Virus record (IMG/VR): IMGVR_UViG_3300042502_001806
Source: an uncultured virus (IMG/VR IMGVR_UViG_3300042502_001806)
Lineage: Duplodnaviria; Heunggongvirae; Uroviricota; Caudoviricetes
Strand: one strand, 5' to 3'
Length of the DNA stretch: 55,076 bases
The position numbers were made by a program, and so were the translations under genes. Below, one piece after another: positions 37,202-45,928 of the stretch; positions within the stretch are counted from its first letter, which is position 1, and every line of letters starts with the position of its first letter. The notes beneath the pieces were generated by a model, which was given only the letters and a program-made list of their open reading frames with translations, did not search any database and was not told the origin of the DNA.

Positions 37202-37941
37202 AATATTTATCAGATACAGAAATCCTTAACTGGAACAGAAGATTAGAAAGAAGTGATTACGCAGTTTATCCACTTTCCAATGTTAGATCAGGTCATCCTG
37301 ACATCATCTTTAGACAAAAAATCAATAATGGTTATAGTCCTATGGGTGAACAACTTGTTGAAACAATTGATCCATTTATTCGATATGACTTTACATTCTC
37401 AGTAGCTTCTAACAGGAAAGAAACTTTCTTTGATTTATTTGAAAAGTTATCAAAAGAATCGTTCGGTACTAAATCTATTTATAGAGATCAGAAAAGTGAG
37501 AAGATAATGGATATTACTTTTAATGATACTGTTATTGAAACTAAAGAAGAAAATACTCATATGGTTTATGAGAAAGAATATATCAGATATACTTATCACT
37601 TTGCTGGTAAGTTAGGATCTACAATGGCTTATGTTTCTTATTTAGAAGATACTATTAATTTCTTCTCTGAGATTTGGGGTTATAACGAAGATGGCACGGA
37701 AGTTTGTTTATTAAAATATCCAATCGGTACAATTGTTTCTTTACCTAAAGATAAATCTACTGATTATTTAGTTTTAGATTATAAGTATAGAAAATTAGAT
37801 GGTAAGTATTTCATTGATTTTATCGCTAGTGAAATGTTAAATAACAAAGGTTCAGTTATAACTTATGGTGAGATTTATACATTTAGAGAATCTGAGTTAT
37901 GTTACAGTCGTAATTCAAGAATTGATGATATTTTAAATTAA
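37198..37941 (+). CDS. Hypothetical protein with C-terminal tag
   Basis: Ends RNSRIDDILN. Confidence 0.75.
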   Translation: MKYLSDTEILNWNRRLERSDYAVYPLSNVRSGHPDIIFRQKINNGYSPMGEQLVETIDPFIRYDFTFSVASNRKETFFDLFEKLSKESFGTKSIYRDQKSEKIMDITFNDTVIETKEENTHMVYEKEYIRYTYHFAGKLGSTMAYVSYLEDTINFFSEIWGYNEDGTEVCLLKYPIGTIVSLPKDKSTDYLVLDYKYRKLDGKYFIDFIASEMLNNKGSVITYGEIYTFRESELCYSRNSRIDDILN

Positions 37942-37944
37942 ATA

Positions 37945-37975
37945 TTTGACAATTGAAAAAGTTTTACTATCTTTG
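37945..37975 (+). promoter_or_regulatory. Bacteroidetes -33/-7 promoter driving the tRNA
   Basis: TTTG-N19-TATCTTTG, ending 11 nt before the tRNA. Confidence 0.8.
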
Positions 37976-37986
37976 TAAAACAAATT

Positions 37987-38066
37987 GCGAGTAGAGTCTA
38001 ATGCGGCGTGGAAGTCGCGGGCGCCTCTAAAACGTCTAACACCGGGTTCAAATCCTGCTACTCGCA
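37987..38066 (+). tRNA. Atypical tRNA with CUA anticodon (putative amber suppressor), CCA not encoded
   Basis: Acceptor GCGAGTA/TACTCGC+A; D arm GCGG-CGTGGAAG-TCGC; anticodon loop CT-CTA-AA; T arm CGGG-TTCAAAT-CCTG; 9-nt acceptor-to-D linker. Confidence 0.75.
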
Positions 38067-38079
38067 CTAATTTTTTATT

Positions 38080-38256
38080 ATGAAATATATTCTTGTTGCT
38101 CTATTATCTCTGGTTCTCTTTTCGTGTAAAACTCAAAAGACATCTTGTGATGCTTATTCCGTGAATCAAAGTGATACTACTTTTATCACACCCAATCATT
38201 ATCATATAGAGTCAGAATATAAATGTGTTTGGTTGGATACGGCAGTTAGAAAATGA
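38080..38256 (+). CDS. 58-aa lipoprotein
   Basis: Not in ORF track; MKYILVALLSLVLFSC lipobox; ATGA overlap with the next gene. Confidence 0.75.
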   Translation: MKYILVALLSLVLFSCKTQKTSCDAYSVNQSDTTFITPNHYHIESEYKCVWLDTAVRK

Positions 38257-38543
38257 TAGTTCAAACTAAATTTCTTTGTAAAACAGGTAGCAGAACCGCA
38301 CCGAGAGGTCCACTTGATGGTATTAAATGGCAAGATAGATTCATTGAAGATAAGTGGTATGATGGTGAGTATGAAACTTGGTCTTGGGAAGATGGCTATA
38401 GAATAAATAGTGGATGGAGAAGATATTGGGTTATAAATGAACAAGGTGAGAAAGAAGAAATATCAAAACCAATGTTCAGATTACTTTTTGAAACTGATAC
38501 ACAACAATTAAGAGATAGAAAAATAGAAGACTTAATAAAATAA
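38253..38543 (+). CDS. Small hypothetical protein with C-terminal tag
   Basis: Ends RDRKIEDLIK. Confidence 0.75.
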   Translation: MIVQTKFLCKTGSRTAPRGPLDGIKWQDRFIEDKWYDGEYETWSWEDGYRINSGWRRYWVINEQGEKEEISKPMFRLLFETDTQQLRDRKIEDLIK

Positions 38544-38549
38544 AATAAT

Positions 38550-38951
38550 ATGTACGATAACGAATCAACCAAAGAGAACCAAATTCATGTTTCAAATGAG
38601 TTTGTTGATATATTCTCAAACTTCAACGTTGTAACACAAGTTGAAAAAATGAAACAACTTACAAAACGTGAGTTGTATTTACTACTAACTGTTTGTTTAG
38701 ATAAATTCTCTGATGAAGATCCTGTTGTTAAACACAACTTACTTCCTTTCAAAGAAGAAATTATGAATATCTTTGATGTTCAAGATGATAAAGATGCTAT
38801 TGACTCAGTGCTGATTGATTTAATCACTGAATCTGGTGATAAATACATTGAAACTGATAACATCGTTTATAATGACGACCAAAAGTTACCAGAGCCTTTA
38901 ACCAAAGACCAAGTTCGTGATGCTAAAATTAATATCATCAACGAGAACTAA
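38550..38951 (+). CDS. Acidic hypothetical protein with C-terminal tag
   Basis: Ends RDAKINIINEN. Confidence 0.75.
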   Translation: MYDNESTKENQIHVSNEFVDIFSNFNVVTQVEKMKQLTKRELYLLLTVCLDKFSDEDPVVKHNLLPFKEEIMNIFDVQDDKDAIDSVLIDLITESGDKYIETDNIVYNDDQKLPEPLTKDQVRDAKINIINEN

Positions 38952-38994
38952 TTCTAAATTATTTTTACTATATTTGTAATCTAAATAAAAATTC

Positions 38995-40767
38995 ATGGAA
39001 GAAACATTAAATACTGAACAAGAAGTGAAACAACCTGTAATTGGTGAGTTCAAACCTAAGCGCAAGTTCTTAAACTTTGTATCGGCTGTAAACGGAGCAA
39101 GAATTCGTTTCATCCGTGATATCGCATTTGTAAAAGGCGAGAAACTATCTGGCACCTTAGAAGGTGTCGTTTTCAAAATCACAATCTGTGATGAAGGTAC
39201 AATTAACTTTGAAGAAGTTGATACTAACGTAACCGATGCGGCTCAACGTAAACGTCTTATTGATGATATTGATTCAACTGATGTTACAGGTTACGCTCAG
39301 AAATTTGTAGTTGCTGGTATTCAGTTTGCTGATGTTAATGGTGACCTTTGCTACTTAGAAGTAGAACAAAAGAAACCAATTGATAAATTGAAATCGTTAT
39401 TTGACGAAGAACCTAAGACGGAACTATCTGATAGAGGATTTTCAATTCTTGATGCACTTTTCTCTTCTGAGTCTGATGAAGAGTTAGCTCGTGAGTTTGA
39501 AGGAGAGACTGACTCAGAAATTCTATCTGAAAAAGATGCTGAGATTTTTGTTGAAGCTATTGAAAATCCACCATCACCAAATGAAAAATTAATCAAAGCT
39601 TCTGAGTCTTATTTGGAACAACAATTCCGTAAGATGAATGAAGATAAAATTAATGAGTTAAAAAACCGCATTGAGGATGCTGAGAAAGAGTCTGCTCGTT
39701 TAAGAAGAGAGATCTCTATGAATGAAACTAAGTTGAAGAAACAAACAGAAGATTTAGGTGTATTAGAAACTCGTTTAGATAGTTTCAATGCTAATGATGA
39801 ATCTACGGGTTATGTATTCTTCGTTTCGGAAGAACAAAAGCCAGAAGAAATTGGATTAACAGAAGATAACAGAGCAATGGCTGATAAGATTGCGGATATC
39901 GTTGGTCTTAAAAAAGATGTTCTTTTCAAAATGTTAACAGAAGGTCACTACAAAATTCGTATTGCTGAGAAATCAGATATGACTGCTGAGAAAGTAAAAG
40001 TTACTAATGATATCTTAGAAAAGATGAAGGCTTTGGTTAATGGTGATAGTTCACTTGAAGCTAAAGTAACTATGACTGAACCAGGTCAGTTTGAGTATCG
40101 TGGTAGTATGACTTGGCATCAAATTGTTGGTAAGATGATTCGTAAAGGATTTGAACAAGAGCCAGAGTTTGATAAGATTTGTCAATCTAACTCTTACGAT
40201 TCTAAAGAAGAGGTGAAAGAAGTTGAAAAGGTTGAAGAGAAGAAAGAAGTTGTAAAAGAAAAAACAAAAAATTCTTCACTTGAAATCAAATCTAAAGATG
40301 TAAGAACATACAATGAAGAAACTACATTAGTAGTTGTAGGTACAATCGACCACGAGGATAACCGTGATGTTGAAATCACTGACGACTATACCGGATTTGA
40401 AGTTTATGTTGGCAATAAAAAGATGAAGGGTGGTTATGAGTCCGATGGTTTTATTTCAATTATGACTTTACCAGAGTTTAAGATTTGGCAAAAACAATAC
40501 CCAGATGCTATGACTGATGGTGGTGGTATAGGTTCATTCTTATTACCTAACTTCAAAGGAACTATTGGAGTAACTGCTATGTATGATGTAGGTGAATTCA
40601 CAAATGAATTTGATTTGGATGATTACATTCTACACCAAGATGGAATGGAAGATGCTTATGTGTCCTTGACTCTACCAGAAGGAACTCAAATTATGAAGAT
40701 GGATGATTATCATCAAGTTCCAGTTGCCGCAATGAGAGATATTAAAATTGATAAAATAATTAAGTAA
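38995..40767 (+). CDS. Large acidic coiled-coil protein with C-terminal tag
   Basis: TATATTTG at 38969; ends RDIKIDKIIK. Confidence 0.8.
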   Translation: MEETLNTEQEVKQPVIGEFKPKRKFLNFVSAVNGARIRFIRDIAFVKGEKLSGTLEGVVFKITICDEGTINFEEVDTNVTDAAQRKRLIDDIDSTDVTGYAQKFVVAGIQFADVNGDLCYLEVEQKKPIDKLKSLFDEEPKTELSDRGFSILDALFSSESDEELAREFEGETDSEILSEKDAEIFVEAIENPPSPNEKLIKASESYLEQQFRKMNEDKINELKNRIEDAEKESARLRREISMNETKLKKQTEDLGVLETRLDSFNANDESTGYVFFVSEEQKPEEIGLTEDNRAMADKIADIVGLKKDVLFKMLTEGHYKIRIAEKSDMTAEKVKVTNDILEKMKALVNGDSSLEAKVTMTEPGQFEYRGSMTWHQIVGKMIRKGFEQEPEFDKICQSNSYDSKEEVKEVEKVEEKKEVVKEKTKNSSLEIKSKDVRTYNEETTLVVVGTIDHEDNRDVEITDDYTGFEVYVGNKKMKGGYESDGFISIMTLPEFKIWQKQYPDAMTDGGGIGSFLLPNFKGTIGVTAMYDVGEFTNEFDLDDYILHQDGMEDAYVSLTLPEGTQIMKMDDYHQVPVAAMRDIKIDKIIK

Positions 40768-41237
40768 TGACTAATATAAAGAAATTAAAGTACAAGTATT
40801 TACGTCTAAGAGTTAAATGGCGTAATTTTAGAAATTCGATCGATGATAAAATGGTCGCTGAGAAATCTAAACTAACCCCATATGAAGAAAAAGCCATTAG
40901 ACTTTGGAAGATTCTTCTAAGAGACGAAGACACTAAAATGTCGTATAATACTTATGGTGTTCGTCAAATTGAAAAGAATAATGTATTTATGACTTTTCAA
41001 TCTGGTGGTAATAACGATTATATAATGACACTTATTGACATCACTGATGAAAGAAGAAGTTTATATGAGTTACATATTCCACTTAAACACGCTGATGTTG
41101 TATCAGATCACTTTGACTATGAGTTAGAGAAAAGAATGAAAAGAGCTGAGACTAATAAAAGAGCAATTATTGAAACAGATATTGATAAGTTATTAGAACA
41201 AGAAGAGAAAATTCTTTTAAGTAGAATAAAGAAATAA
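40767..41237 (+). CDS. Hypothetical protein
   Basis: 156 aa; TAATG coupling with the upstream gene. Confidence 0.75.
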   Translation: MTNIKKLKYKYLRLRVKWRNFRNSIDDKMVAEKSKLTPYEEKAIRLWKILLRDEDTKMSYNTYGVRQIEKNNVFMTFQSGGNNDYIMTLIDITDERRSLYELHIPLKHADVVSDHFDYELEKRMKRAETNKRAIIETDIDKLLEQEEKILLSRIKK

Positions 41238-41268
41238 TTTGCCAATTAAAAATAAATACATATCTTTG
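41238..41268 (+). promoter_or_regulatory. Bacteroidetes -33/-7 promoter
   Basis: TTTG-N19-TATCTTTG. Confidence 0.75.
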
Positions 41269-41290
41269 TAAAAAGAAATAAATAATAACT

Positions 41291-42856
41291 ATGGTATTAA
41301 AGAATATACACGAAAAACTATTATCAGGTATCCAAACGATGTTGATTGATACTAAGATTAACCTACCTTACTACGGTGAGTTCAACTTACACATTAACTT
41401 CATAGAGCAAGACTCTGTTGGTACTTGTGGTGTTAACGTATCGTCTAAGGGTATGAACTTTTTCTACTCTCCAAAGTTCTTGGAAGATATGTCACAAAAA
41501 GAAGTGAACTTCATTACTCTTCACGAGGATTTCCACTTATTGTTTAATCACCCAAAACGTACAGTTACTGGTCAATACGACCATAAGATGTCTAACATCG
41601 CCCAAGATATGATTATCAATCACGTTATCTGGGAAGATATTCCACACGCTTTCGTTGAAATTCCTAAGAACAAAGATGGTAAGAATATGGCTCTATTCGT
41701 TCCGAAAGAGTACACTGGTAAACTTATCTTTGAAGAGTTGTACGAGTGGTTGAAAGACGAGAAAGAAAAATGGCAGAAAGAGCAAAAGAAAAACTCTGAA
41801 TGTAAATCTTGTAATGGTTCTGGTAAGAAAGAACAAGGTCAAGGTCAACAAGACCAAAAACAAAAAGGTCAAGGTCAACAACCAGGTGATGGTGAAGGTC
41901 AAGGCGAGAAACAAGAAGGTCAAGGCAAAGGTCAACAACCAGGCGAAGGTCAAGGTGAAGGTGAAAGCCAAGACAAACAAGACGGTCAAGGAAAAGGCGA
42001 AGGTCAAGGTCAACAAGGTGGTGGTTCTGGTGAAGGCGAAAGTTGTCCAGACTGCCAAGGTACTGGTAACGAAGGTGGTAAAGACTCTAGTGGTAAACCA
42101 TCTTACGGACCTTACGGAAAGAACCCATCTAAAGATGGTGAGTCTTTAGATACTTGGTCTAAAGAGCAAATCTTCCAAGATATGGAAAATGGTAACGGAG
42201 AATACATGGACAAACACATGGGTGACGATGTTCCAGAAGAAATGCGTGAAGCGATGGTTAAAGACGTTATGGAGCGTTTAGCGGCTCGTGGTTTATCTGC
42301 GGGTAATGTTGAGACTACTCTTAACAAACTTCGTAAGAAACGTAAAGATTATCTTCGTGAAATCAAACGTGCTGTATCAAATATGATTTTCGGTACTGTA
42401 AAACAAAAAACGATTGTTAAACCTAACCGTAGACAAATCGCTGGTTTGAAAGGTAACCGTAAAGTTAAAACCAAAATCAACTGTATCTTAGATACATCTG
42501 GTTCAATGGGTGGTACGTTTGAAAGAGTTCTTTCTTACATCTACCGTAATGATATCGAAATCAACTTGATTGAGGCTGATACTGAAGTTAAGTGGATTGA
42601 GAACATCAAGAACAAACGCAAATTGGAAACAATGGTGATTAAAGGTCTTGGTGGTACTATCTTACAACCTGCTATTGACTTGGTAGCTGACCAGTTCAAC
42701 GAGTTCAACACTGTTGTCTTAACAGACGGATACTGCGACTCACTTGACTTGTCAAAAATTAAGGGTAAGGTCTTAATGGTTTCAATTGGAGTGAAAGTTC
42801 CAATCTCTAGAACTAACAATAGAGTGAAACAAATTATGGTTGAGAAAGAAAACTAA
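41291..42856 (+). CDS. Metallopeptidase-like (HExxH) plus VWA protein (DUF2201-type)
   Basis: LHEDFH..H..R, NIAQD..IN; MIDAS DTSGSM, GGT, LTDG. Confidence 0.88.
   Translation: MVLKNIHEKLLSGIQTMLIDTKINLPYYGEFNLHINFIEQDSVGTCGVNVSSKGMNFFYSPKFLEDMSQKEVNFITLHEDFHLLFNHPKRTVTGQYDHKMSNIAQDMIINHVIWEDIPHAFVEIPKNKDGKNMALFVPKEYTGKLIFEELYEWLKDEKEKWQKEQKKNSECKSCNGSGKKEQGQGQQDQKQKGQGQQPGDGEGQGEKQEGQGKGQQPGEGQGEGESQDKQDGQGKGEGQGQQGGGSGEGESCPDCQGTGNEGGKDSSGKPSYGPYGKNPSKDGESLDTWSKEQIFQDMENGNGEYMDKHMGDDVPEEMREAMVKDVMERLAARGLSAGNVETTLNKLRKKRKDYLREIKRAVSNMIFGTVKQKTIVKPNRRQIAGLKGNRKVKTKINCILDTSGSMGGTFERVLSYIYRNDIEINLIEADTEVKWIENIKNKRKLETMVIKGLGGTILQPAIDLVADQFNEFNTVVLTDGYCDSLDLSKIKGKVLMVSIGVKVPISRTNNRVKQIMVEKEN
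41801..42067 (+). repeat. Gly/Gln-rich coding repeat bracketed by CxxCxGxG motifs
   Basis: CKSCNGSG-(GQG/GEG-rich)-CPDCQGTG. Confidence 0.8.
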
Positions 42857-42857
42857 G

Positions 42858-42882
42858 AAAGAGTCCCGAAAGGGACTTTTTT
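42858..42882 (+). terminator. Intrinsic terminator
   Basis: AGTCCC-GAAA-GGGACT followed by a T run. Confidence 0.9.
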
Positions 42883-42911
42883 CTTTTAAAAACTTTCCGT
42901 ATATTTGTCAA

Positions 42912-43178
42912 ATGACTGAATGTGATATTTGGATAAAAGTATTTGATAAATTGGGATTTAAGTTTATAGAAGAATATTCCTCTCAAAGTAAGATAAACTT
43001 TTTAGTTTATCGCAATGATGATGGTGACTATAACTTATACTTTAATAGAGAAACTGATGAAGTTTTATCTTTATTTATCAGAAATAGTAAAACTGAAAAT
43101 CAAACTACTAAACAGTTATTTATAGAAGAAAATAAAAATCTATTCAGGGATGTAAAACTTGAATTAATAAATATATAA
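42912..43178 (+). CDS. Hypothetical protein with C-terminal tag
   Basis: Start moved to 42912 after TATATTTG at 42900; ends RDVKLELINI. Confidence 0.75.
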   Translation: MTECDIWIKVFDKLGFKFIEEYSSQSKINFLVYRNDDGDYNLYFNRETDEVLSLFIRNSKTENQTTKQLFIEENKNLFRDVKLELINI

Positions 43179-43182
43179 TAAG

Positions 43183-43746
43183 ATGAAAGTAATATTTTTG
43201 GATAATGATGGTGTTGTTTGTTTATCTACCGAATGGGGTGGACGAAGCAAAAAGAAATCTAAGTACTTAAAGGAATTTCCTGGTACTGAAAGTTCTTTGC
43301 CTGCTTGGATAAAAATGGATAACTTTAATGATAAGGCTGTTAAGATTCTTAATTCAATCTTATTAGAAACTGATGCTGAAATTGTTGTTAGTTCTGATTG
43401 GAAGTTGTATTGTACTTTAGATGAACTAAAAGAAATGTTTACTAAGTATGGTGTTGTTAAACAACCAATTGATACTACACCTAATATTCCTTTAAAGTAT
43501 GATAAAAGTTATTACACTACTGGAGAATTGGCTGAGTATAGAATAAGTGAAGTTAATAAGTGGTTAAAAGAACATCCAGAAGTAACTCAGTGGGTTGCTG
43601 TTGATGATTTACCTTTAGGTGAAGTATATGGGCCAATCTCTGGTAACTTTCTTGGTGGTTTGAAGAACTTTGTCTTAACACCAAAGAGTTCTGAAGGTAT
43701 TAAACAAAGTGGTATTAAAGAAAAAATATTAAAATTCTTACTGTGA
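43183..43746 (+). CDS. HAD-family phosphatase (Swiss-Army-knife RNA-repair type)
   Basis: IFLDNDGV, IVVSSDW, R..E...WL, WVAVDD. Confidence 0.85.
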   Translation: MKVIFLDNDGVVCLSTEWGGRSKKKSKYLKEFPGTESSLPAWIKMDNFNDKAVKILNSILLETDAEIVVSSDWKLYCTLDELKEMFTKYGVVKQPIDTTPNIPLKYDKSYYTTGELAEYRISEVNKWLKEHPEVTQWVAVDDLPLGEVYGPISGNFLGGLKNFVLTPKSSEGIKQSGIKEKILKFLL

Positions 43747-44210
43747 TATACAGATTAGATTTTGGAAATCTTTATGAGTGGAATAATTGTAATTCTGCTA
43801 ACTCTAAGTTGCTTGAAATGGTTCATAACTTAGTGCCAGATTCTTTATTATTATATCGTTACAAAGTTAAGAAATCTATTGTTAATAGGTATGGTGTTAG
43901 TGATCCTGAAAAGATTAACTTTGATTTGATTAAACATAAATCAATTATTGTTTATCATTTAGATATCTACAAAGAAAAGCCTACTTTAATAAATGATTTA
44001 ATTAAATTCTGCTTAAAAACAGATAGAGATTTGTTTATACCTACCCAAAGAGAAAGATACTGGGGTAAAGATGATGTTTATAGAAAAAAACACGAGTATA
44101 GATTTGATATAGCACTTGAGTTAGACACTTATGATTATCAATACTATGATATGAATAAAGATAGTTCTTTAGTACAATTAAAAAGAGAGCTAGTAATTAG
44201 CTCTCTTTAA
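43743..44210 (+). CDS. Hypothetical protein with variant C-terminal tag
   Basis: Ends KRELVISSL. Confidence 0.7.
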   Translation: MIYRLDFGNLYEWNNCNSANSKLLEMVHNLVPDSLLLYRYKVKKSIVNRYGVSDPEKINFDLIKHKSIIVYHLDIYKEKPTLINDLIKFCLKTDRDLFIPTQRERYWGKDDVYRKKHEYRFDIALELDTYDYQYYDMNKDSSLVQLKRELVISSL

Positions 44211-45626
44211 TTAAAATTCTATAAACCAAGCTTTAACTGGTATTCCTAGTTGTAAAGCTATTGTAGTTCTTTTATGACCACCTACAAGATGATATGGTTT
44301 ACCTTCTGTATTTTTCAAGTTGATTATAAATGGTGCTGGTTTAGATATTGATTTTTCTTTAACTAATTCATCATAAGTAAATAGGTATCTTTCCATATCT
44401 TTTGAATTTGGTGCTAAATCAGTTTTTAATCTACTTCTTAAATCCTCTATACCTTCTACTCCTGATTTGAAAGATATTTTACTTTTAAAACCTCCTTTAC
44501 CAGAGTTAGGACCAAATACTTGAGTTAAATCACCCATATTACCAGTTTTTTTAACTTCATCTAAAGACCAGTCTTGTAGTTTACCTGATTTGATTAGGTT
44601 AAATACCTCTTTCTTAATATCTGCTGGTGTATTTTCTTTAAAACTTTCCATATCAGCACCTAAACCAATTTGGTCTGGATTTTTACCTACAACTAAACCT
44701 CTGATTTCTTCTTTATCAGTAGTTTCTTTCTTTAAGTATTTAGATACAATATAATGATATACACTTGGTAGTTTAGAATAAACTTTATCAAAGTTATCTT
44801 TAATAAAGAATAATTCTATATTATTAAGTAATTCATGCATTTCTTGATTAATCAATTCATCAGTTGGACCTTGCCAAGTTATTGAATACTTTTCATTAAA
44901 ATTCTCATAAAACTTTAAATATTTCATTTTATAATTGAATGACTCAGCTACCGAACCTTTTGAATTTTCAATAACTTCTTTACTTGTAGTTGTAAAGTAA
45001 TAACCTTGTTTCATAAAGTCATTTCTATTAGCAACTTCAGCACCATTTTTACCTGGAAAAGCTGTCATAACAGAAAGAACTGATTTATCTCCTATTTTAC
45101 CAAGTTTAGCACCAATGAAACTCAAGAAAGTAGTTTTTTCACCTTCACCTTCTTTTACTTTAATATTAAATTCATTACCTCTTGAATCTTTATAAGTATA
45201 AACATTCATTGATTTGAATTCATCAGCATTTGGTTCTAATTTATGAACATTCTCAACACCAACATTTGTTTTAGAATCTAAACCTAACCATTTAAACTTT
45301 TCAGCTTCTTCTGGATTAGTTACTTTAGATTCACTTGGTCCAAAACCTTTTGTCATTTCAGTTGGTTTATTATTTGAAACTAAACCAATAATTGCTTTTT
45401 TCAAATCAACTCCTTTTTCAAATTTAGAACCAGGAATTGTCTCATCAACGTGAGCATCTGTGATGTGTGTTAAATCACCAAGTAGAAGAATAAAATCACC
45501 AGCTTCAAATACTGTTGAGTTGTCAGCTTTTACTTTACCTTTTAAAAATTGATTATTATCAATCATACTTTGTATTTCTTGATAAAGTGTTTCATTTAAG
45601 TCTTCAAACATTTTTAAGTGTTTCAT
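44211..45626 (-). CDS. Two-module protein with N-terminal and internal tags; C-terminal ParB/Srx-like motif
   Basis: MKHLKMFEDLNE; internal MKYLKFYENFNE; LVGGHKR. Confidence 0.75.
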   Translation of the reverse strand: MKHLKMFEDLNETLYQEIQSMIDNNQFLKGKVKADNSTVFEAGDFILLLGDLTHITDAHVDETIPGSKFEKGVDLKKAIIGLVSNNKPTEMTKGFGPSESKVTNPEEAEKFKWLGLDSKTNVGVENVHKLEPNADEFKSMNVYTYKDSRGNEFNIKVKEGEGEKTTFLSFIGAKLGKIGDKSVLSVMTAFPGKNGAEVANRNDFMKQGYYFTTTSKEVIENSKGSVAESFNYKMKYLKFYENFNEKYSITWQGPTDELINQEMHELLNNIELFFIKDNFDKVYSKLPSVYHYIVSKYLKKETTDKEEIRGLVVGKNPDQIGLGADMESFKENTPADIKKEVFNLIKSGKLQDWSLDEVKKTGNMGDLTQVFGPNSGKGGFKSKISFKSGVEGIEDLRSRLKTDLAPNSKDMERYLFTYDELVKEKSISKPAPFIINLKNTEGKPYHLVGGHKRTTIALQLGIPVKAWFIEF

Positions 45627-45627
45627 A

Positions 45628-45882
45628 TTAAAATTCTATTTTTTCAACGTCATTTAAATCGACATTGTATTGTTTTCCATCAATCTCAACGGTGATTAAG
45701 CCATCTTGATCAATATCAATCGGAGTTATACCTTCTTCAGGTTTATTTTCAGGGAAATCATGAACAATAGTTGAATAAATAAGACCTCTATTTTTTATAC
45801 ACTTGATAATATCATCTTGTGTTATAAGAGTTCCTTCCTCATTATTCTTCTTAAAATCCTCAAAAAGTTTCATCCATTTCAT
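45628..45882 (-). CDS. Small protein with N-terminal tag
   Basis: MKWMKLFEDF; TAATATATA at 45888-45896. Confidence 0.75.
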   Translation of the reverse strand: MKWMKLFEDFKKNNEEGTLITQDDIIKCIKNRGLIYSTIVHDFPENKPEEGITPIDIDQDGLITVEIDGKQYNVDLNDVEKIEF

Positions 45883-45928
45883 GAATTTATATATTAAAAA
45901 TAATATATATATAAAATTACTTTATAAA

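Noticed and set aside
37987..38066. Pyrrolysine tRNA
   Set aside because: Has a canonical TTC T-loop, GG in the D-loop and a long rather than shortened acceptor-D linker; no pyl genes in the window.
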